A stretch of 60,179 bases of DNA, counting the filler, from Basidiobolus ranarum (Eukaryota): the NCBI GenBank assembly GCA_040143965.1. It is 8 parts of 8 records of this genome, joined end to end, with 100 filler letters (N's around TTAATTAATTAA, not from the genome) between each part and the next. Parts side by side here need not be neighbours in the genome. Positions count along the whole stretch, not along the records: positions 52,766 to 60,179 come from JASJQH010007998.1; 7 more parts are not named here. One strand, 5' to 3'. Shown piece by piece: positions 52,766 to 60,179 of this stretch (its first letter is position 1; each line of letters opens with the position of its first letter). Below the pieces are notes generated by a model. That model saw only the letters and a program-made list of their open reading frames with translations, did not search any database and had not been told where the DNA came from. The position numbers and the translations under genes are program-made.

Positions 52766-53160
52766 AAGCATATTGATGTTGTTGAGTTATGTCTAATCAG
52801 TCAAATATGTGCATATGTAGAGACTAAACACAGTGAGATTCTTGTATTTTTTGATTCTCATTATGGCTGGAATACAGAGCCTAAAATATTGAAATAAAGG
52901 CATGCACATTAATTTGAATTCCTACAGCAGTAAACCCAGTAATTTGCCATTCAAAAATTGCCAGATATTGAATAATGCATGCCAAATTTGAGGATCTATG
53001 TTTTAACTTTCATGAGTACCATCAAAATACCATCAAGAAACTGCCATCACACCATCAAAATCCCTGGCAGAATGCAAGCCACCAATATTGTGATGGTTCT
53101 CTGATGGTTTTGCTATTATGGAGGGTGGATCCAATCCAGATCAAATCAATTTTATTTTTG

Positions 53161-53640
53161 TTAGGGTTTTTTGACACCATTCACATATGTTGTGATATCT
53201 GAATCCTCAGACATATAAGTGTTTAAGAATTTTCTTTGTACTATCATCAACTTAGCAAGCCCTTTTTGCTCATGATGTTCTGCTAGGAATTCCCATGCAT
53301 TCTTGGCTGAGTCCACATCTCTGAGTAGCATAAGTTGTTGTGATCCAAGTCTTAGACAAATTTCCCTAAATGCCAATCTGTCTTTTTCTTTGACGGTTGC
53401 CCTAGCGTCTTTATGTTTTGGCTTCTTTGTTTCAGTGTCAGAATCTGTACTTTCTTCTTCAGAAGTTTCTTCTTCATCTGGTTGAACTATTTCCCAGACA
53501 TATTTCCCTTCAAGCACAAGTTGCATCTTGAATTTCCATTCATTGAAATCTTCCCCATGGAATGTTGGAATATTAGCAATCTCCCTTTGGGAAGAGGACT
53601 CTGATTCACTCACTGCTGCCATGTTGGAAGATCTTGGCAT
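53161..53640 (-). mobile_element. Ty1/copia gag relic of a second family
   Basis: IPTFHGEDFNEWKFKMQLVLEGKYVWEIV...SAKNAWEFL (DUF4219/UBN2-type gag N-terminus). CpG-poor flanks. Confidence 0.8.
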
Positions 53641-54546
53641 AATGGGGGTAGACCTTGTATATTAGAGGCAACTTATGATAGTGTTTTTTGGTAGCTTTAT
53701 TATTACAAGAATGTGGTGACTTACATGGTAGAGAAGTAAATCAATTGTTTGAGATATTCAGGAGTTTGTGTAATAAGATATTATAGATATGTGGGGGTAA
53801 TAAGACATACTTGTTATATAGATATAGAGATATTCCTGCTTAGAATATTGGGGCTATTGATATGTTGCTTTCTGTTTCTGATATATGTATCATAACTAAA
53901 GTTAACTAAGATGTTAAATAAAGCTTGATTATCCAACAACCTGAAGTGAATGTTCAGCAACCTTACCATGCATGAGTCATCCCTACATACAAGAATACAC
54001 AGAGTAGAAAAATAATGGCCATTCCAATGTAGTTTCTCAATGTTATCTACACTCCTCCCCAAATAGGGTACACAATTGGTACTAGGTAACCATGTATTTA
54101 CAAGTTTATGGCAAGCATTGTTGTTGTGAATTATGTTCTGTGCTCTATCTGCTGGTCATTATAAACTTTGATGGGTTTCTTCAGCAATTTGCCACCATAC
54201 TAACGGTGTGCAACAACAACAGGTTGGAATAGTCTGATCAGACTTCGATTGATACCAGTTGAAGAGTTAATTTTTTTTGCTGTATATCCTAGTAGTGAAA
54301 ACCATTCATGTTCACAGAAACCTTATTAAACAGATCTAAGGCAAATATTATGTTTGCAAATTTTCTTTCGCATTCAACCCAGTTTTCATCTATTTTTGTA
54401 CAACTGATTAACAGTGTGATATCGTTTCAAGCTAGGTTGTTGACTATTTAATTCAGGTGGCATATTTCTAACACAACTCCACCCTACAGTGCAAAAGTAT
54501 AAACCATAAGTAACTCACCAGCGATACATAAAATAATTTGGATTTA

Positions 54547-54930
54547 ATGAAGTTTGCCAGCTTTATCACTCTTGTTGCCTGTACCGCAATTGTTGCTGCT
54601 CTTCCTGGCGTGGAATCCGATGTCACTCCGGTGAATACGAATGATTGAGACGTCCATGTTAAAGGCGGAGATTGTCTGGGATATACAAGATACTACAGCC
54701 ATCTTCCTCATGGCTATTACGGTGATACTCAAAACAGATATACTTTTGACTGTACCTCAAATATGTCCAAGAAAGGAGACCCAGAAAAAGTAAGTGATCT
54801 TCAGCATTCATTTGACGGTTGATTTTAGCTTACCAGTTCAATTGCATATTTCATTGAATGCAACAATCTCTATAATAGCTGCTGTTTCACTGGTGGAAAC
54901 AGAGGGTGTTACTATAAAGCCATCTTCTAG
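54547..54930 (+). pseudogene. Small secreted Cys-containing protein, disrupted
   Basis: Signal peptide MKFASFITLVACTAIVAALP, in-frame TGA 54646-54648, intron from GTAAGT at 54790. The last exon CCFTGGNRGCYYKAIF-stop needs a frameshift. Confidence 0.45.
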
Positions 54931-55748
54931 TCTGGCTAATAATATTGGTTAATGTTTCCAGAGCTTTTCTCTAGTTACTCAAACTAGTTTTTGAATATTT
55001 ATGGCAATTGTTCAAATAAAGCTTCAGGAAGTCATTGGATTACATATATTTAAAAGTATTTCAAATTTACTCCCTATTGAATCGCTATAACAGTAGCGCT
55101 GAATAAATCAAGTTTATGTATGTTGGGTGCACTGTGGACTAAGTATCTTGCTTTGCAACACTGGTAGTCTTTAACGTGTTGCATTTGTAGATGCAGACCT
55201 GAGTAGGTGCAAAGGAGTGTTGGTAATGCAAGCTGAAATGAATTTGTTTGAGAATCGAAGCAATACATTGAAGCCCATCTTCACGCAGATTGAAGCAGCA
55301 GCATGGTAGCTATGTTGAATGTAGTAGGCAAAATCTAAATGGAAAAATTGGATATTTTCGAGCAGTATTCATTACTAAGTACTTAAACAACTCATAGATT
55401 TCATGCATTTGCATACTCTTTGCATAAAATCTACCCATCCCTTACTAAATCCCAAGTGCAGGGTTATAATAGTAGTACCTAGCATTATATTTATGTGATA
55501 TTAGAAGCTATATCCCTAACGGGTTGAAAAGTAGAAGTAGGGGTAAGACTGCTAAATCAAAAGTAGGTACATACATAGATCTATCTATACTATGTAAAGC
55601 AATTTCAATATAATCGCATCCAATTTACCTATTGATCTACTGGAGGTAGGGGGCAAAGCTAGACTTAGGGCGTTATTAAGTATAAATAGTTAAGAAAGGC
55701 CGTCTATAGTAATCAAGATCTAAGTACTCAGTCTTCTAATACCCCAGT

Positions 55749-56090
55749 ATGCGTTTCGTTCTTGCTTTATTAGTTGTTTTGTGCGCAATTTTCTCAACAA
55801 TTGCTGCACCATTACCACTGAATGCAGTGGTAAATATCGACACTGGGTCTACTAGTCCATCATCCACTCCCGGTAGTTGTGACGATGTTAATGCCAAGAT
55901 TAAGGTTTTGGGTGAGAATATCGCCGCTGTTGTGTGCCTTAAAGGTGACCAAGAATTACCTACTGGTATGGTACCAAACTCAAGCACAGAATGTCCAGAT
56001 CTCGAAGCACGTATTACCGCCTTAGGATTAAATATTCGTGCAATTGTATGTCTTCATGATGGCATCAAGATTGCAGTTAATGTTCAGTAA
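55749..56090 (+). CDS. Small secreted protein with two Cys-bounded internal repeats
   Basis: TATAAATA at 55681, signal peptide, repeats CDDVNAKIKVLGENIAAVVCL and CPDLEARITALGLNIRAIVCL, AATAAA ~56146. Confidence 0.8.
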   Translation: MRFVLALLVVLCAIFSTIAAPLPLNAVVNIDTGSTSPSSTPGSCDDVNAKIKVLGENIAAVVCLKGDQELPTGMVPNSSTECPDLEARITALGLNIRAIVCLHDGIKIAVNVQ

Positions 56091-57601
56091 TTTGAACCAA
56101 CGTTGCACTAATATCAAACTTTCTAACTAAATAGAATCATAATTAAATAAACTATTGCTTACATTTGGCATTTTACTATGAGTTTTATAGCAATACCTAT
56201 CCCCACTATCCATAGGTCTACTCTATAATTCATCAAAAAAATATAGTATTTTAAGCAGTGGCAATGTACATATGTATATTTGTATATCGTATGGAAACAG
56301 AACAGTTGAGTATTTTCTCATGCCAGCAACTTTTGGTTTTTTAATCTAGTGATGACATCACGTAAAACCAAGATATAACACAAACATTTAAAATACAGAC
56401 AAGGATTAACTAAGCCCAGAAGTGACAATGAAACAAGACAAGTGAAAAAATAATGGTGATCTAGAGAGAGACACAGCCATAACTACTATGATAAGATAAT
56501 TGCAGTTGCGAAGGGCTCACCTAGCTAACTTAGTATAAAGCAGTATTCCTGAGTAACATCCCAAGTACGCATTTGTCATAGCACTGGTTGAAATATTAGT
56601 TCAAGTTGTATTCTTTATTTTGCGACCATGATAGACTGGGATGAGATATGCTGACGATACAGATCCGTTAAGCACTAAAAAGAATACTTTTTGAGAAATA
56701 CTAGGCGATAAATGTATTCACAGATATTATTGCAGTTAAAAACCAGCAAATTTAAAACCGATACGCCTGGTACTATATATGGTGGTATGTTCTCAAGGAT
56801 TATCATTTACATGCTCAGTGATAAAAATATTTTACGCATGTGGTTATTCAGGTACTACCAATTGCAAGTGAATTAATTTTGACGCTTTAAGATGCAATTC
56901 CTTAATCATCTTTGCACAGTATTTCTATCATCAAACTCAATTGCCTGATCTTCAGAACTAGTAGATTCTTCATTATTCGAGATGGTTGCATTTTATATTG
57001 CATAAAAGATCAATCAATTACTCCAACAATTGGTGTAACTGTTCAAAATTATCCATTAATGATTAATTGGATCTTTCTCCCTCCCATATAGATGCTCTGG
57101 AAACTAGGAAGTAATTGATACAACGCTTCAGATGACTACCAGTACAACCTGTGTGAATCGTTTTTGAAGCTGTACGAAGCCCACTTACTCTTTTGTCTTG
57201 CAAAATAAAGGTCACAAGTTCAAACCTGGCTGTATACATGATTTTAGGAATGTATGTCGTATCAGCTAGATCTATCGAGCTTTGACCAACGATATTTGTG
57301 GGCTAAACTAGGCGAATGATTTATATTATATAAATTCAAGAATGCACTAACCAAATAAGTAGATAAGATGTTGTTATTATTAATATTTGTTGCCTGTTTT
57401 AGATGAAATGAATATGAAAACAAACAAGTAATTTTGACGATTACTGAGGGTCACATGTTTATTTCAATAGATAAGGTTAGGGTTAGGCGATGTATATATT
57501 ATATTGCGAAAATTATCTAGAGATCGCATTATTCATAATGGTATTGTGGTTCGATGGAGCAGGAGTATTGAGCCGTAAAGAATGACATGGATCGATAGCA
57601 C

Positions 57602-58849
57602 TTACAAGTTACTGCGAGGCCTGACTTCCTTCTCAAAGTACTCCTTGACACCTTTACGAATGTCTAATGCACAGCCATACGAAAGGGTATAACCGGAACC
57701 TCCGTGACCGTAATTGTGGAAAATCTTAGGGTTTCTATCATCTTGACCTACGCGGGGCTCATCACGGAAAGGGCGAATTCCAACACGATAATAATAATCG
57801 GTGAATTCAGCTTTTGCTAAATCCGGATAGAGATTGACACATCCCGCCTTCATTCTCTCCAGGTATTGATGCTCTTTTTCGTTCCACTTTAATGTTTCTT
57901 CTCCCATTTGGGCATAACCACCGAGAATAAGGATATCATCATTTCTTGGTACGATGAACTCGAATCTTCCTTCATCGGCCTTTCTCTTCTCTTCGGCAGT
58001 GGCATTGGCATCAGCATCACGTTGGGAGATTGAGATACAACTTTCAATTTTCTTGAACCGCTTTCCATCATTCTTGGCATGAATTAGGATTCCACGAAGA
58101 GGCTTCATTTTGTTGTCCCCACAGAGCTCTCTTGAAGCCATACCGGTACAGTTAACGATAATATCAGCTTTGAATCGTTTCATCAAATCAGGAGCTTCTT
58201 CATGAAGAGTATCTTCAACGACACCCTGAAGAAGAGTAACACCCTTATCCTCAACTAATCGCTTTAGCCAATGAAGATAGTTTCCCGGATCAACGACGTA
58301 TGACATATGCTCGTAACCCTCAACGATATTGTAACCATTCTTTGTAGGATTTGTATTGATGTTGTATTTCTTAATCAGACCTTGAACATCATCATCAAAT
58401 TCGTCACATACCACTTTAATTTCATCCTTTTTTTTCAATCCTCCAGCAGTCAATTTCCGATCGAACAGGAAGCATGACTTACGTTTACGAATACCAGTAT
58501 CATGCGCACCAAACTCTTCGGCAATGTCCTTGAATTGCAGGTAGGAGATTTGACACCAACGTTGTAAATTTTTCAACTGTGCATCGGTATCCTTTCCATG
58601 CGAGCCACAAACGGCCGGTGGCCATTCCCATAAAGCACCGGCAATTTCTGAGACGATCTCTTCCCCATGAGCTCCGCGTTGAGCATATCTCTTGGCTAGG
58701 ACAGTTACTTTACATCCAGAATTACGTAAGGTCCAAGCGGTAGTGAGACCAGAAACACCTCCTCCAATAATAAGTACATGAGGCTTGGTACCATCTGCAC
58801 GAGTAATTTTTACTCTCTGGTAAAGGTCTCCGGAATTCATTTTTTGCAT
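57602..58849 (-). CDS. FAD-dependent D-amino acid oxidase family protein, intronless
   Basis: IIGGGVSGLTTA (Rossmann fold), SEIAGALWEWPPAVCG, IVNCTG, PLRG, GIRPFR, HNYGHGGSGYTLSYGCA. C-terminal SNL is PTS1-like. Confidence 0.9.
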   Translation of the reverse strand: MQKMNSGDLYQRVKITRADGTKPHVLIIGGGVSGLTTAWTLRNSGCKVTVLAKRYAQRGAHGEEIVSEIAGALWEWPPAVCGSHGKDTDAQLKNLQRWCQISYLQFKDIAEEFGAHDTGIRKRKSCFLFDRKLTAGGLKKKDEIKVVCDEFDDDVQGLIKKYNINTNPTKNGYNIVEGYEHMSYVVDPGNYLHWLKRLVEDKGVTLLQGVVEDTLHEEAPDLMKRFKADIIVNCTGMASRELCGDNKMKPLRGILIHAKNDGKRFKKIESCISISQRDADANATAEEKRKADEGRFEFIVPRNDDILILGGYAQMGEETLKWNEKEHQYLERMKAGCVNLYPDLAKAEFTDYYYRVGIRPFRDEPRVGQDDRNPKIFHNYGHGGSGYTLSYGCALDIRKGVKEYFEKEVRPRSNL

Positions 58850-60179
58850 TTTGAGTTAGTTGAAAGTTCTTTTCAAGTATTGGTTAATGTGGAGTCAGCT
58901 AAATGCCAGGTGATATGTTGAATGTTGGTCGGTAGTTTCATTTTATATTTTCTAAGTGTCTTGTTTTGTGTAACTGGTATCCTGTCCCATTGTGAAGCCT
59001 TGAACTTTCTTAACTCTTCTACGGAAATCTGGCTATTGAGCCTGTTGGGCTATGTTGAAACCTTGGCTATGTTGAACGCGCGGGACTTGACTGGTAAGGA
59101 TATAGATTAGTGAAGTAAATATTTAATTCCCAAAAAGGTGGTATGATATGTATTGCTTAATTCATGTGAATGAATCAGATAATTAATTAGACAGTCAGCT
59201 ACAAAGCTAACGTTATTAACGAACATTGTTTGATGGTGTATTCAAGGTATAGCAGTAAATGCGTACTACCTACACCAGTTTGTTATTATTAATACAATGA
59301 ATATATCCTGGAGACGCTATTCCATTTACGGAAAAATAGGAATTTTTGTAACTGCAATTCACTTTTACGTATCATGTCATCGGTGTATGATGAAGTTTCC
59401 TGTAATGGCAAATTCCCAGTGTAAAGCGATAAACTGCATGTAGAACATTTCAAGTTATATTTGGTTATTGAAAACGGTCTAGACACTTTTCTTTAGAATA
59501 CTCCACTTGATTCATTTACATGTTTGGTCATTCCCATGAATTCTTTCACTTGGTTAATCTAACCTATGGTTAGTAATGGTTGATAAGACATATCTACTTC
59601 GTTGACTAATGTAGTAATGGAGTTTTAATAGTAGAGATGGAGTCAGCACAAGCTCAGCCCTGGTCCTGTCGTGGCGCAGGCCAGCAGCAAATTTATTTTG
59701 CTAAGTATAAGCTCTTGAGCTCAACAGATCTCGATTTCATATTTCCAGTATAGTATTATCATTCTCCGCAATTTCGACCATTGAGATTCAAAGTGACTGA
59801 CAGACACAGCAAGTAGAAAAAACATATCATTCAAAATTAAATTTTTCTGTAGAGTATTAACATATGGCCTTAATGATATAATGCCACATGAACGTAGAGA
59901 ATCCAGGTGGAGTGGAAAAAATCATATTTACAGCAACATCAGAGAGCTGTTAATTAACACACACGGTAAGCCGGGTGAATAAAGGGGTGTGTTTGTACGG
60001 AATATATGTGAATCTTTATGCCCTCATGATTGGAAATCTTCTTAACGCCACAATCCTGAAAGTTAATAGTGGTCAATAGTACAAATATACAGTATGAAAC
60101 AAGAATGCGAAGAATATTCTGAACTGAGGCTGTAAGCGCTAAGGAAGGCTGTGTATTGGAAATAATCCCACCACGATCT

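Overview
This is AT-rich eukaryotic DNA with short GT-AG introns, typical of an early-diverging fungus; a Basidiobolus-like zoopagomycete is my inference, not a database result. The window is not one locus. It is eight unrelated contigs of 7477, 7446, 7439, 7435, 7429, 7423, 7416 and 7414 bp, sorted by size and joined by artificial N44-TTAATTAATTAA-N44 spacers, so gene adjacency only counts within a contig. Contig 1: cluster of three small-molecule methyltransferases (two Crg1/Tmt1-like, one SABATH). Contig 2: LEA_2-like membrane protein, decayed bacterial-type CHAP amidase, class 3 lipase. Contig 3: GPCR, hotdog thioesterase, lipase, and a non-coding host gene carrying intronic snR67/U31-like and snR53-like C/D snoRNAs. 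Contig 4: derlin, SIR2 and a DnaJ-X protein bracketed by inverted, identical subtilisin 3' ends, plus a candidate unannotated structured ncRNA at about 24636-24800. Contig 5: Mit1/CHD3-like remodeler with an extra N-terminal HP1-type chromodomain, and a chitin synthase C-terminus. Contig 6: SMP-30 family protein, TMEM242-like gene, PABP with an in-frame TAA, Yae1 lacking an ATG, and a Prp45 tail. Contig 7: nested, CpG-depleted Ty1/copia elements with a half-tRNAiMet primer site. Contig 8: copia gag relic, small secreted proteins, intronless D-amino acid oxidase. The best leads are the structured Pol III-like RNA, the snoRNA host gene with a possible U6atac-complementary guide, and the chromodomain-fused remodeler. 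All family calls come from motif recognition by eye; no searches were run.
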